From Candidatus Poribacteria bacterium (lineage in GTDB: Bacteria > Poribacteria > WGA-4E > PCPOR2b), in NCBI GenBank assembly GCA_965215015.1, contig OZ244042.1:5312001-5376000 (forward strand): a stretch of DNA of 64,000 bases, read 5' to 3'. Positions 40,398 to 50,536 of the stretch are shown here, one piece after another. The notes beneath the pieces were generated by a model that saw only the letters and a program-made list of their open reading frames with translations, did no database searches and was not told the DNA's origin. The stretch's first letter is position 1. Every line of letters begins with the position of its first letter. The position numbers and the translations under genes were made by a program.

Positions 40398-43004
40398 TTG
40401 CGGCAAAAATATGGTCCTATTTTCGTAGGGATTTTCGGCTTACTGCTGATAATAGTGTCGGTGGACGCGCAGATTATTAGCCCGGAGGAAGCGATCGGCT
40501 TTCCTGTAGGGGCGGATTACAAGCTGGCGCGTTGGGAGACGATCAGCGGCTATCTGCAATCACTGGCTGCGAGTTCGGATCGGGTCATCCTAGAGGAGCG
40601 CGGCAAAACCACCGAGGGGCTCGACTTTGTGCTAGCCCTCATATCGTCGCCAGAAAATTTGGCGAACCTTGACTACTACAAAGCTATCCAGCGCAAACTT
40701 GCCAATCCGCAGGAGCAAGAATTAGCGGAGTTAAAGCAACTGTCGAGAGAGGGAAAAGCGGTCGTCATGATTAGCTGCAACATCCACTCGACGGAGATTG
40801 CTTCGTCTCAGATGTCAATGGAATTGGCGTATCAACTAGCGACGGAGAACACGCCGGAGATTGAAGAGATTCTGGCAAACACCATCCTGCTGCTGATTCC
40901 GTCCGCCAATCCTGACGGGTTGAACATGGTGGTTGATTGGTACGAGCGCACCGTCAACACGCCGTATGAAGGGGCACCGATGCCTTGGCTCTACCACAAA
41001 TATACCGGACACGATAACAACCGGGACTGGTTCATGCTGACACAAACCGAAACGCAGTTAGTAACCCAGATCCTCTACGAGGAGTGGTTTCCTCAAGTGG
41101 TCTACGATGTGCATGAGATGGGGAACAGGGGGGCGCGGTTCGTGATTCCGCCCTATTTTCATCCTGTCAACCCGAATATCCCGCCGCTGTTGCAGCGTCA
41201 ACTTTCGCTAATTGGTGCACAGATGGCACTGGATCTCACATCGCAAAGGTTTACTGGGGTGTTGTCCAACGCGGTGTACGATATGTGGTGGCACGGCGGT
41301 TTTCGCACCGTGCCGTATCGGCACAACATGATAGGTATTTTGACGGAGGCTGCGAGTGTCAATATCGCTTCGCCAGTTTTTCAGCCGAGATTGAGTTTGA
41401 GGGGGCACCGACGGGGGTTGAGCGAGTACGCGCAGCAGACCAACTTTCCGGAACCGTGGCCCGGCGGTTGGTGGCGGCTGCGCAACATTATCGAATACGA
41501 GAAGGCGGCAGCGTATTCAATCCTATCAATTGCTGCGAAGCAGAGAGAGATGTTTCTCACTAATTTTTATAAGATGGGATTAGACGCCGTCGAGAAAGGA
41601 GAACAGGAGCCACCGCGCGCATTTCTGGTGCCGATGGATCAGCGGGATATCAATACTGCGTTCAAGATGCTGCGAATTCTACAGCGGGGCGGTGTGAAGA
41701 TTCATCAGGCGAACACGAATTTTACGGTTGATAATGTTGAATATCCTGCGGGAACCTACGTCGTCCTGATGGCGCAGCCCTTTCGGGCACATGCCAAAGA
41801 TCTCCTTGAAGTACAACACTATCCTCGGCGCATCCCTGCACCCGGTGCGCCGCCGGAACGGCCGTATGACATTGCGGGCTGGACGTTGCCGATGCAGATG
41901 GGCGTCAAGGTTATCAAGGCGGTAAACGCATTTAGGGCAGACTTAGCACCCGTTGAGGAGATCCCGAAAATGGTGGGCAAACTCCACCTTGACGGGGTTG
42001 ATTTCCAAGACTCGGTCGTCTACATCTTCAAAAACCGAACGAACTTAGAAACCGTAGCACTGAATCGGTTGCTCCGAAAGGACAGATATACAATCTATCA
42101 GCAGCAGGGAGAAGTTGTGTGGAAGGATTTGCACCTGCCCCGCGGGGCAATTATCCTTAAATCAGACCGAATACCGGGGAGCGATTCCGCCGAATTACGT
42201 AATTTTGCTGAATCGCTTGGGATTGAAATCTATGCGCTAAATCAACGCTTCGTAGAGGTCGAGGCACAACTGAGGCAGCCGCGCTTGGGGCTCTATAAGC
42301 CGTGGGTGGCGAACATGGATGAGGGCTGGACTCGGTGGGTGCTGGATGAGCATGAGTTTCCCTATCGCAATTTGACAGATGCGGAAATCCGTGCCGGAAA
42401 TTTAGCTGAGTGGTATGACGCTATAATCCTGCCCGACATGAAGGCGTCGACGATGATTAAAGGACACGCGGCGGGCAGCCTACCGCCGGAGTACGTAGGC
42501 GGCATTGGATTAGAAGGTGTGGCTAACCTTCGTACCTTTGTTGAACAAGGTGGCATGCTTATCTGCTTGAACTGGGCGACAGGGCTGCCAATGAAACATT
42601 TTGGACTGGAGATTAACAACGCTGTGGAAGTGAATCAATCGGGTCCGCAAAAATTGACAGGAACGGAATTTTTTTGTCCCGGCTCGCTGCTGCGCGTTTT
42701 TGTTGAAACCACCCATCCAATCGGTTACGGGTTGGAGCGTGAGATGGCGGTCTTTTTCAAGTCGGGGCCGGCGTTTGAGGCGCGAGGAGGCAAACGGATT
42801 GCGGCTTATCCCAACTTCAATCCACTCATGAGTGGTTGGATCGAGGGAGAGAAACGGATTCGTCAGAAAGGGGCACTCTGGGAGGTCAAGCTGGGAAAGG
42901 GGCGTGTGATTCTGTTTGGCTTTAAACCGCAGCATCGGGCGCAGTCGCACGGAACATTTAAGCTGCTGTTCAATGCGATTTACTATAGCGTCATCAAAAA
43001 ATGA
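40398..43004 (+). CDS. M14 family zinc carboxypeptidase with C-terminal class I GATase-like domain
   Basis: IHSTE, NPDG, DNNRDW, DVHEMG, DEGWTRW. AAGGAGG RBS before TTG 40398. Confidence 0.9.
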   Translation: MRQKYGPIFVGIFGLLLIIVSVDAQIISPEEAIGFPVGADYKLARWETISGYLQSLAASSDRVILEERGKTTEGLDFVLALISSPENLANLDYYKAIQRKLANPQEQELAELKQLSREGKAVVMISCNIHSTEIASSQMSMELAYQLATENTPEIEEILANTILLLIPSANPDGLNMVVDWYERTVNTPYEGAPMPWLYHKYTGHDNNRDWFMLTQTETQLVTQILYEEWFPQVVYDVHEMGNRGARFVIPPYFHPVNPNIPPLLQRQLSLIGAQMALDLTSQRFTGVLSNAVYDMWWHGGFRTVPYRHNMIGILTEAASVNIASPVFQPRLSLRGHRRGLSEYAQQTNFPEPWPGGWWRLRNIIEYEKAAAYSILSIAAKQREMFLTNFYKMGLDAVEKGEQEPPRAFLVPMDQRDINTAFKMLRILQRGGVKIHQANTNFTVDNVEYPAGTYVVLMAQPFRAHAKDLLEVQHYPRRIPAPGAPPERPYDIAGWTLPMQMGVKVIKAVNAFRADLAPVEEIPKMVGKLHLDGVDFQDSVVYIFKNRTNLETVALNRLLRKDRYTIYQQQGEVVWKDLHLPRGAIILKSDRIPGSDSAELRNFAESLGIEIYALNQRFVEVEAQLRQPRLGLYKPWVANMDEGWTRWVLDEHEFPYRNLTDAEIRAGNLAEWYDAIILPDMKASTMIKGHAAGSLPPEYVGGIGLEGVANLRTFVEQGGMLICLNWATGLPMKHFGLEINNAVEVNQSGPQKLTGTEFFCPGSLLRVFVETTHPIGYGLEREMAVFFKSGPAFEARGGKRIAAYPNFNPLMSGWIEGEKRIRQKGALWEVKLGKGRVILFGFKPQHRAQSHGTFKLLFNAIYYSVIKK

Positions 43005-43208
43005 AATCCCTTAGCACTTACACCCTTCATTAGTAGGGCACGCCGATCGGTCTGCCCTAGGAACTTCTTGCTGTAGTTGCCCGATTCATCGGGCGTTGGC
43101 AACGCGATGCCCAGCGGCGATCAATCGCTGAAGGACAAGTCGAAGCCTCTCGGAACGGAGGGGTTGAACGCTTGAGCGATGTGGAAACGACAGTCTCACC
43201 AAAGGTTA

Positions 43209-44657
43209 TTACTCCGCTGTTAGACCTGCATAGATTTTTCGTCCTTCATGAAATAGGTGCAAAATCTCTTCCCGCTGCTTATCTTGGGTGAATTTACCAA
43301 TCCTACTGATCCAATCGATAGAATCATCAATTGAGCGGACAAAGAACGCCGCAGACTCCTGTGCGATGCCGGAGGGGCGTCCCGTCCCAATCTGCACCGG
43401 ACTGGTATGTGCATATATTGACTGTGCAAAGCTATCCCTCACATCACCATAGGCACGTGCGGCAATCCAACCGTCCGTTTCGATTTCAAGATCGAATCCC
43501 CACTCACCATGCTGTGACGGTTTTTCGTTGAACTCCCGGCGTTGTGCGATGCTGCCGTTATGGATGAGCTCCACGCGGTTAATCGGATAGTGGGAATTCC
43601 ACGAAATCTGTCCTGAAAGTTTGCGGGGTGTTCCCTTTGGAGAGTCAATCCGTCCACCGGGCATCGTGCCGTCAACGGTAAGAAATAGCGCGGGCCCATT
43701 CGTGATGAATGTATTTCCCCCCTGCAAACCCCGTAACCAGTTCTCGTAGGTAAATTCCTGATCTGTTTGGACATAGACACGGTTATTTGAGCAGATAAAC
43801 CAATCGGTGCCGGTTGATGCCGGCAGCGAAATGCCACAGTTGAGCAGATGATACCAGATGTCATACTCGGGATCCATCCAGTATGGATCGAAGAGGTTAA
43901 AGGCATCTAGCTTGCCCAACGCTGCTGCGACCGGTGCCTCCATCCCGATTCCGTTGTGGCACCATAGGACAATACCGCCTTGCCGTTTGGCGTCGTCACA
44001 GGCGTAGCAGAGCGGCGGATAATCGGGATCGAAATCGCTGACGAGATCGCCGCGGCTGACCGGTTCTACCACGTTCCGGATACGCAGCAGCATGATATGC
44101 CCATACGCCATACCGCCCCGGCGGTAGTTGTGCCGATTCTCCTCTCCGCAGTCGACAAGGTGGTGTGCGGTCGAATAGTCCGTCATAAATCCGATTGGGT
44201 ATTTGTTGCTGGCATAGGGCAGCTCACGTCGCTGCAGGATGCTCACCACGGTTACGCTCAGATCATGGACCTTCGGGTCCAGGTTCAGTCGAACATCGGG
44301 CTGCATCTCATTCTCGCTGTAGTGGAGATGCGTATTGCCCGGATACCAGTTTTGCGATGGGAGATCTGTCCACCGTTTGAGTTGCAACTCGACATCAACG
44401 TGCCCTTTTTGGGGGGCTGAGACCACTTGCCGCAGCGGTTCATACTCTGTGCCCCGTTCAACAATAATGTCCGTTGAACCCCGTGGGACATTCACCGTAA
44501 ACTCGCCTGCACTATAAAAGAATGGTTCGCCGGGACCGACTTTCAAGATGCTATCAGCGGGATGTACAAAATTACCGCTGCTCGTCAGCACATGCACTTT
44601 TGCTTCGACCGGTTCGCCTGAAATGCTATCTCGAATGACCCCGTGTAGTGTTCCCAT
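43209..44657 (-). CDS. CehA/McbA-type PHP metallohydrolase
   Basis: GNTHLH, GEENRH, YGH, WCH, WYHLLNCG, GTD, RVYV, TFITNGP, AHTSP. Confidence 0.8.
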   Translation of the reverse strand: MGTLHGVIRDSISGEPVEAKVHVLTSSGNFVHPADSILKVGPGEPFFYSAGEFTVNVPRGSTDIIVERGTEYEPLRQVVSAPQKGHVDVELQLKRWTDLPSQNWYPGNTHLHYSENEMQPDVRLNLDPKVHDLSVTVVSILQRRELPYASNKYPIGFMTDYSTAHHLVDCGEENRHNYRRGGMAYGHIMLLRIRNVVEPVSRGDLVSDFDPDYPPLCYACDDAKRQGGIVLWCHNGIGMEAPVAAALGKLDAFNLFDPYWMDPEYDIWYHLLNCGISLPASTGTDWFICSNNRVYVQTDQEFTYENWLRGLQGGNTFITNGPALFLTVDGTMPGGRIDSPKGTPRKLSGQISWNSHYPINRVELIHNGSIAQRREFNEKPSQHGEWGFDLEIETDGWIAARAYGDVRDSFAQSIYAHTSPVQIGTGRPSGIAQESAAFFVRSIDDSIDWISRIGKFTQDKQREEILHLFHEGRKIYAGLTAE

Positions 44658-44720
44658 CAATTTTCTCCTTCATCATGATAACGCAGCGTAATCGTCTCTC
44701 AATAGATTGGGACGCGGACG

Positions 44721-44749
44721 ATTATAGCATTACGCGCTATTTTGGTCAA
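44721..44749 (-). promoter_or_regulatory. Sigma70-type promoter for the metallohydrolase
   Basis: Minus strand TTGACC-N17-TATAAT with extended -10 TG. Confidence 0.6.
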
Positions 44750-44779
44750 GTTGTTAGGCTCTATTGACGTTTGACGGCA

Positions 44780-44990
44780 CATAGGTTGGGTTGAACGGGA
44801 ACTGTGAAACCCAACACTCAATCCAACTGAAGCGGGAAACAGTAGCAGGCACGCTCCACCGTGCTGTCCCCCCCCGCAAGTGAGGGGGGAAATCGGGTCA
44901 ATGAGCCGGGAATTGAGGGACATCCCGCTTGCGGGGGGTGGGGGTATTTAGCAGGGGGAAGGGGTTACGGCATACGGCGTATGCCGAATA
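44780..44990. repeat. REP-like palindromes and mosaic repeat modules
   Basis: TAGGTTGGGTTGAAC..GAAACCCAAC, CCCCCCGCAAG..GGGGG, GGGTATTTAGCAGGGGG, CGGCATACGGCGTATGCCG. Confidence 0.7.
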
Positions 44991-45534
44991 CTAGCCACTT
45001 ATGGGCTGAGCACCAATCCGTTGGACGAGAGAAAATCGCCCCCCCGATAAATCGGGCTGCAAACACCTACGATTGGGTACTTATCATCGAATGACGGACA
45101 CGCCTCACATAAGTGTCAATACGCCCTAGAGATTTTCCGTCTTACAAAATTCCCACCGAGATCAACGAAAAATCAGGTCAGGCGAACCTTTTCCCTCTGA
45201 GTAACGCCTATTAGTGTGAAGGGATAACAGTGGGATGCTTTCGGCGATGTGATGGGGTTTTGGTCTTAGGGGCGTGTTAAGAATGAGGGCAGGTGACAAG
45301 TGAGGCGTGAAACGTGAGAGAATTAGAATATACCCGCCCTATGCTCTCCAATGGCTGAGGGCGTTTTTCCGATTTGCAGGACCTATAAAGTTTCTGTCAG
45401 TATATGTAGTTATCAACATAGGGGGAGACGTGAGCTTCTGTGGGAGCGTCCTTCTGTACGCGATAATCTCGAAAATAAAGGCAGAGCTGCCTCTCCTATA
45501 CAGATGAGGAAATCTACGCCACGAGTTGCTTTAT

Positions 45535-47169
45535 TTAGGATGGGGCTGCAGCTGCCGCCGGGATGCTTTTGATATATTGCTCGATTCCTTTGGCAATCGC
45601 TGTTGCCAGCTGACGTTGGTATGCTTTTGTGGTGAGCTTTTTCCCTTCCGTTGGATTTGAGATAAAGCCGACCTCAACAAGCACTGCGGGAACTTTTGTC
45701 CCGATGAGGACCACGAAGGGGGCGTGCTTGACCCCCCGATTCTTCACCTGTTTTCCTGATGTCAGCTGCGCCTGAATGAGTTGTGCCAGCCGACGGCTTT
45801 CCGTGCTTTTGCTCTCCTTGAGTATTCTTCCCACAAGTGCATCCAACTCCTTCATGTTGTACTCTGCCCCTATGTTTTCACGCCTGGCGGTCATTCGGGC
45901 GGATTCGTCGGATGCTAGGGCAAGGTAGTAGGTCTCTATCCCCACAGCCTTATGGGAGGTGCTAGCATTGGCGTGGATGCTGATGAACAGATCGGCTTTC
46001 TGGTTGGTTGCAAACTGTGTGCGTTTTCTGATCGGGATATAAACATCGGTTTCGCGTGTCAGCCGTACATTGTATCCTTTCTTAACGAGGATGTCGCGCA
46101 GTGTTTTTGATAGACTGAGCACAATCTGTTTTTCTTGCCGTGTTTGACTCACGGCACCGGGGTCTTTGCCGCCGTGTCCCGGATCGATAACAATCGTTTT
46201 GACGCTCAAGCCCAGTTGCTGTGCCAGCGATGGATCGGCAGCAGGTTTTGATGTTTTCGGTAGTTCAGGTGTAGGTTGTGCCTTGTCCGGCCGCGTTACT
46301 GTTTTGGTTTTAGCGGGGGACTTCTGTGATGGCGGTTTTGCTTCACTTGGCGGCGTTACTATTTTGGTCTTAGCGTCGGCTTTCCTCGGCGGTGGAACAA
46401 CATCAACGGGTTGAGGCACTTTCGGCGGTTCAGGAGAGGGCTCGATCGCTTCCGGCGGTGTTTTTGGAAGATCCGGTTGAGCGACTTGAGGGGATTCTGG
46501 CGGTACAATTTCAGATGGAGAATCGATGGGTGCAGCCTCCTCCGTTTGTTCGGTATCAAGGCGTGAAGCCCGTTTCTCTGCTTGGGCGATGATTTGGAGA
46601 TCTTGGCTTCGCTGAGAGAGTGCGTCGTAGGTAATACGTGCTAATGTGAAATAGCCTTGGGCTTCGTATGCTCTGCCGAGGCGCAACTGCGCCTTGTCGG
46701 CGATTGTGTGGTTGAGATAGTGCCCGATCACGGTTTGATAGTGTGTCACTGCCGCCCCGCGGTCTCCAAGCCGATCATAGCAGTCTCCTAGCCAGTAGTG
46801 TGCTGTTGCTGCGTGTGGTGAATCAGGGTAATTTTGGAGTAGCTTTTTGAGTGCGGTAATTGCGTTGTCAAGTCCGGGTTGTTCGTTCCGTTGTCCCAAC
46901 CAGAGCCAGCAAGAGGCGATAGCATATTGTGCGTCGTCTGCCCACTCCCCTTCCTTATCTGCGTCAATGGTACGCTGAAATTCTTTAATCAAGGAGCCCC
47001 ACTCTGCCTCGGTGGCTGGAATCTCTCCGTGCACGAGTTGGTGATGCTTGGCTGAAGCCGCACTATAGAGCAATAATGCGTCAGGAGGTGCTGGTGACGG
47101 CGGCATTGCGGGCGCGCAAGCCAGCAGCAGAGATGCGAGTAAGATCAACGGGTATGTGTATGTTTTCAT
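45535..47169 (-). CDS. N-acetylmuramoyl-L-alanine amidase (Amidase_3), lipoprotein with TPR domain and Pro-rich linker
   Basis: Lipobox LLLAC; TPRs; IVIDPGHGGKDPGA, FISIHANA, VLVEVGFISN. Confidence 0.9.
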   Translation of the reverse strand: MKTYTYPLILLASLLLACAPAMPPSPAPPDALLLYSAASAKHHQLVHGEIPATEAEWGSLIKEFQRTIDADKEGEWADDAQYAIASCWLWLGQRNEQPGLDNAITALKKLLQNYPDSPHAATAHYWLGDCYDRLGDRGAAVTHYQTVIGHYLNHTIADKAQLRLGRAYEAQGYFTLARITYDALSQRSQDLQIIAQAEKRASRLDTEQTEEAAPIDSPSEIVPPESPQVAQPDLPKTPPEAIEPSPEPPKVPQPVDVVPPPRKADAKTKIVTPPSEAKPPSQKSPAKTKTVTRPDKAQPTPELPKTSKPAADPSLAQQLGLSVKTIVIDPGHGGKDPGAVSQTRQEKQIVLSLSKTLRDILVKKGYNVRLTRETDVYIPIRKRTQFATNQKADLFISIHANASTSHKAVGIETYYLALASDESARMTARRENIGAEYNMKELDALVGRILKESKSTESRRLAQLIQAQLTSGKQVKNRGVKHAPFVVLIGTKVPAVLVEVGFISNPTEGKKLTTKAYQRQLATAIAKGIEQYIKSIPAAAAAPS

Positions 47170-47237
47170 GGTGTTCTCTAAGATGTACTTTTCTTACTGA
47201 TAATGTCAGAGCGGTGTAAGGCCGATCCATGAAGCCC

Positions 47238-48104
47238 TTAGTCTGCTGATTTGCTCAGTTGTTTATGCAGACTGTTCGCAAGCGCGGCAAACTCAGCGAT
47301 GCTCAGCGTTTCTCCACGTCGCTGTGGATCGATAGCGAGTTGGGCACAAATGGCATTAAACACTTCAGTAGAAATAGAAACGCCATTTTTCAGGAGTGCG
47401 TTTCGTAACATTTTGCGCCGAGATTGGAACGCAGCCCGGACAATTTGAAAGAAGAGTGTCTCATTTTTAACGGTGACTTGAGGAGTATCGCGCATCCGCA
47501 GCTTTAGAACGGAGGAATTGACCTGTGGTGAAGGGAAAAATCGATCCGGCGGAATCGTGTGTACAATTTCAGCCTCGGCATAGTAGGAGACACCAATAGA
47601 GAGGGTGCCGTAACGTTTGTTCCCCGGCGGTGAGATGATGCGTTCAGCGACTTCTGTCTGCATCGTCAGGACGCAAGCACTGATTTTTTGGTGGCACTTC
47701 AGTAGCTCCCATAGAAACGGTGTGGTGATATAGTAGGGTAGGTTGGCGACAATTTTGGTATGTTGGGGTGGGAAGTCATTCAGCAGGGTGGGAAGATTCT
47801 GTTTGAGAATATCCCCTCGGATTAGAGAGATGTGAGGCGTTTTTGAGAATTTGAGCTGTAGTTCTGTGTATAGAAATTCGTCGATTTCAATCGCAGTGAC
47901 CCTTTTGGCGGTAGCCGCTAGCGCAGAGGTCAAAAATCCGAGTCCCGCCCCAATCTCCAAGACGAAATCAGCATCGGTCAATTTTGCCCCCCACGTTATC
48001 TCTTGCAAGGCGTGTGGATCAATCAGGAAGTGTTGACCAAGTTTTTGGTTGGGGTTTCTGCCGGTGCGTTTGAGGAATTCACGAACCTGTTGGTAGAGCG
48101 TCAT
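47238..48104 (-). CDS. rsmA: 16S rRNA m6,2A dimethyltransferase RsmA/KsgA
   Basis: LGQHFL, EIGAGLG, VANLPYYITTP, MQTEVAERI, RRKML, RGETLS. Confidence 0.95.
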   Translation of the reverse strand: MTLYQQVREFLKRTGRNPNQKLGQHFLIDPHALQEITWGAKLTDADFVLEIGAGLGFLTSALAATAKRVTAIEIDEFLYTELQLKFSKTPHISLIRGDILKQNLPTLLNDFPPQHTKIVANLPYYITTPFLWELLKCHQKISACVLTMQTEVAERIISPPGNKRYGTLSIGVSYYAEAEIVHTIPPDRFFPSPQVNSSVLKLRMRDTPQVTVKNETLFFQIVRAAFQSRRKMLRNALLKNGVSISTEVFNAICAQLAIDPQRRGETLSIAEFAALANSLHKQLSKSAD

Positions 48105-48483
48105 TTTTGCCGATTTTGTATTTGGGTGGAGGAAGGATTTGCCGCCGAAAGATACTATGACTATTGTGTCATAGAATACCAGACACGATGGGGCGATAAT
48201 CCTGGCTCCATCCGCCCGGAACGTTGCGCGAGAGTCCGGGGGTTTTCAATCCACCAGGACAGTCGCACAGCAGTGTTTGGTGTTTCCTTTGAGGGTTCAA
48301 CTGCGTAAGTCCTATAGGGATTTGCTTTTAACCGTTCAACCCAACCTACGATACTCGCATTCTCAGTGCACAATAGTAGGTAGGCTCCGCGGTGCCATAA
48401 TTTGCATAAAGATTACAGTATATTGCTTTAAATCCCAATCGATCGGGATAGAGGTTACGACATACGGCGTATGCCTACTACTT

Positions 48484-49365
48484 TTAGTGTATGGTTACGC
48501 CAACCTCTCGTGAGACGTGCCGGATGTATTGCTGCCCTGCGATGGTGTCTTCGTAGGGGAAGTGTTCCACATAGAGCGTAACATCGTGGTTTAGCTCATC
48601 CAGTCGTCGAAGGATGGTTGCATAGTCCATAACGCCGGATTCATAACGGTGCTCTGCTTCTTTTGCTCCCGGAACGGCTTCGTCTATGTGAACGACTGAT
48701 AAGCGTCCACTCTCGTTCTGGCGCACGGCTGACATCGCTATGTCTTTTGCGTGGAGCGCGGTAATTTTATCGCCCACCCCATCGAAAATCTGATTCACCA
48801 GCTCTGTTGTTCTGTAGAACAGATGGGGCCAGGTCAGGTTTACGCAGTCCATCAGTGCCTTCATTCGGGGAGAGGAGGCTGCCTCAAACATCTCTTTGTA
48901 CCGTTCCACGGAGCAGAGCGGACTCATGATATGGGGGTGTGCGGCAACGTCTACCTCTGCTGCCTCTGCCTCCCTTGCCAAATCCACCGCAGCATCGAGG
49001 CATCGCTTCCACGCCTCGTCGGACCACATTTGGGGTGTGCATCTGTAGGTTAGTCCGACGTTAAACCCGACGCAGTGTGCACCTAAGATCCGAGCGTGAC
49101 GTAGTTGGCGGCGATAGTGTTCGATCGCTGACTGGTACTCGGCTTTATCTGCTGCGCCAAACCCGCTGTGAAATGCACTAAACTCACCCGGTCGGATGTC
49201 GTGATCTTCGAGGAATCTCCTTACATCCTCGACATCTGCATCGCTCCAAACGGCGGGTATACTCATGGAGACCGTTTTTACTTCCATGATTCCAACTGTG
49301 CGGAGAAACGCTTCCCGTTCCTCTGCTGTCTTTCCCGGTTGTATGCTTGGACTCATTAAAATCAT
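48484..49365 (-). CDS. Sugar phosphate isomerase/epimerase (xylose isomerase-like TIM barrel)
   Basis: LMDCVN, LHAKD, GVMDY, LYVEH. Confidence 0.8.
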   Translation of the reverse strand: MILMSPSIQPGKTAEEREAFLRTVGIMEVKTVSMSIPAVWSDADVEDVRRFLEDHDIRPGEFSAFHSGFGAADKAEYQSAIEHYRRQLRHARILGAHCVGFNVGLTYRCTPQMWSDEAWKRCLDAAVDLAREAEAAEVDVAAHPHIMSPLCSVERYKEMFEAASSPRMKALMDCVNLTWPHLFYRTTELVNQIFDGVGDKITALHAKDIAMSAVRQNESGRLSVVHIDEAVPGAKEAEHRYESGVMDYATILRRLDELNHDVTLYVEHFPYEDTIAGQQYIRHVSREVGVTIH

Positions 49366-49380
49366 CTGACTCTCCTCTAT

Positions 49381-49443
49381 AAAAGAAAAGCCTCTTGATG
49401 CTGATGGGAATGTGCATCTATGCGATCGTGTGCATCAAGAAGC
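49381..49443 (-). terminator. Terminator-like hairpin with large loop
   Basis: Minus strand GCTTCTTGATGC...GCATCAAGAGGC-TTTTCTTTT. Confidence 0.6.
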
Positions 49444-49620
49444 AAGCGAGCTAGCTCTAACAATCTTCCCCACGGATTTTGTTTGGGGATAAGTAGTTAC
49501 TGACTTTTAATAAAACGCAAGGACGCCCCCCCTCAGTCTCCCCGCAAGCGGAGGGGAAAAGAACCGTGTAGGTATTCGGGACTGAGGGGACGACGTTGCG
49601 TTAAATTCAGAGAAAAGCCC

Positions 49621-50484
49621 CTATCTACTCATTGCGTTTTGTTTTATAGTACCCCATTTTGTAGCGAGCTTTTGATGCGGGTCCACGCTGAGAAACTGGT
49701 CTCCGGGGGCCAGCATAATTTCTTGGATTTCTTCCTCCGTGAAAGCAACCTTCCAGATCATCACCTCATCGATAGCACCTTGGAACGGTTCACTAAACAT
49801 CGCGTATCCGCCAATCGTGATGGGACCATTAGCGGGTAGGGGTGGTTTTGTTCCGTTGCCTTTAGACCAGTCCTTTGCTTCATGGCCCTTATTAACGCCG
49901 CCATCTCGGCTCGATTTCTGATTTTTTCCATTCAGATAGATTTTCATCGCTTCGGGGTTTCCAAAAGTATTGGTGGCAGCGATATGGGTCCACTTATCTA
50001 TCGGTACAGAGTCCCATATCCCTGTGACACGATGAAAGTCCTGATCTCCTTTATCTCGATAAAAGAAAGATGGATCTACGGTCTCCAGACGCAGGGCATA
50101 ATTTGCCTTGTTTGCGTCAGGACTATTATAGAGAATTCCACGAGCCCCAGGCCTTGCGACATCCATATTAACCCAAGCCATAAGCGTGATTTCGTCCCCC
50201 CCTTCAAAGGCGAATATTTTATCTGCTGGGGTGCGGACGATACCGGGGTCATTGATGGCAAAACGTATGGCTTTTCCAAATTTCCCATCGTCCCACTTCC
50301 AGTTTCCTTCCAACTTGCCGTGATTTTCAAATTCGGACATGTCCGCTGTCGTTTTTCCTCTTCCTTCGTCAAAAGGGATATACAGCACTAAATCCTTCGG
50401 GTCTCGTTTTCCGTGGACTAAGGATGGCGGAGTCAGGAGTAAAAGGACACCTGCTATAAAGAGAAAAGAAATTTTCGTTTTCAT
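49621..50484 (-). CDS. Secreted LamG (concanavalin A-like) domain protein
   Basis: Signal peptide, LVLYIPFDEG, GKFGKA, ITLMAWV, WTHIA, IYLNG, FQGAIDEV, tail VDPHQKLATKWGTIK. Confidence 0.9.
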   Translation of the reverse strand: MKTKISFLFIAGVLLLLTPPSLVHGKRDPKDLVLYIPFDEGRGKTTADMSEFENHGKLEGNWKWDDGKFGKAIRFAINDPGIVRTPADKIFAFEGGDEITLMAWVNMDVARPGARGILYNSPDANKANYALRLETVDPSFFYRDKGDQDFHRVTGIWDSVPIDKWTHIAATNTFGNPEAMKIYLNGKNQKSSRDGGVNKGHEAKDWSKGNGTKPPLPANGPITIGGYAMFSEPFQGAIDEVMIWKVAFTEEEIQEIMLAPGDQFLSVDPHQKLATKWGTIKQNAMSR

Positions 50485-50536
50485 CAAAAACCTCCTTAAC
50501 TATGCTAAAGGTTCGATGGATTTTTACAGATCCGCT

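Noticed and set aside
45115-45280. IS/MITE terminal inverted repeats (GTCAATACGCCCTAG and TTAGGGGCGTGTTAA)
   Set aside because: They face outward, match imperfectly, and no transposase or target duplication is visible.
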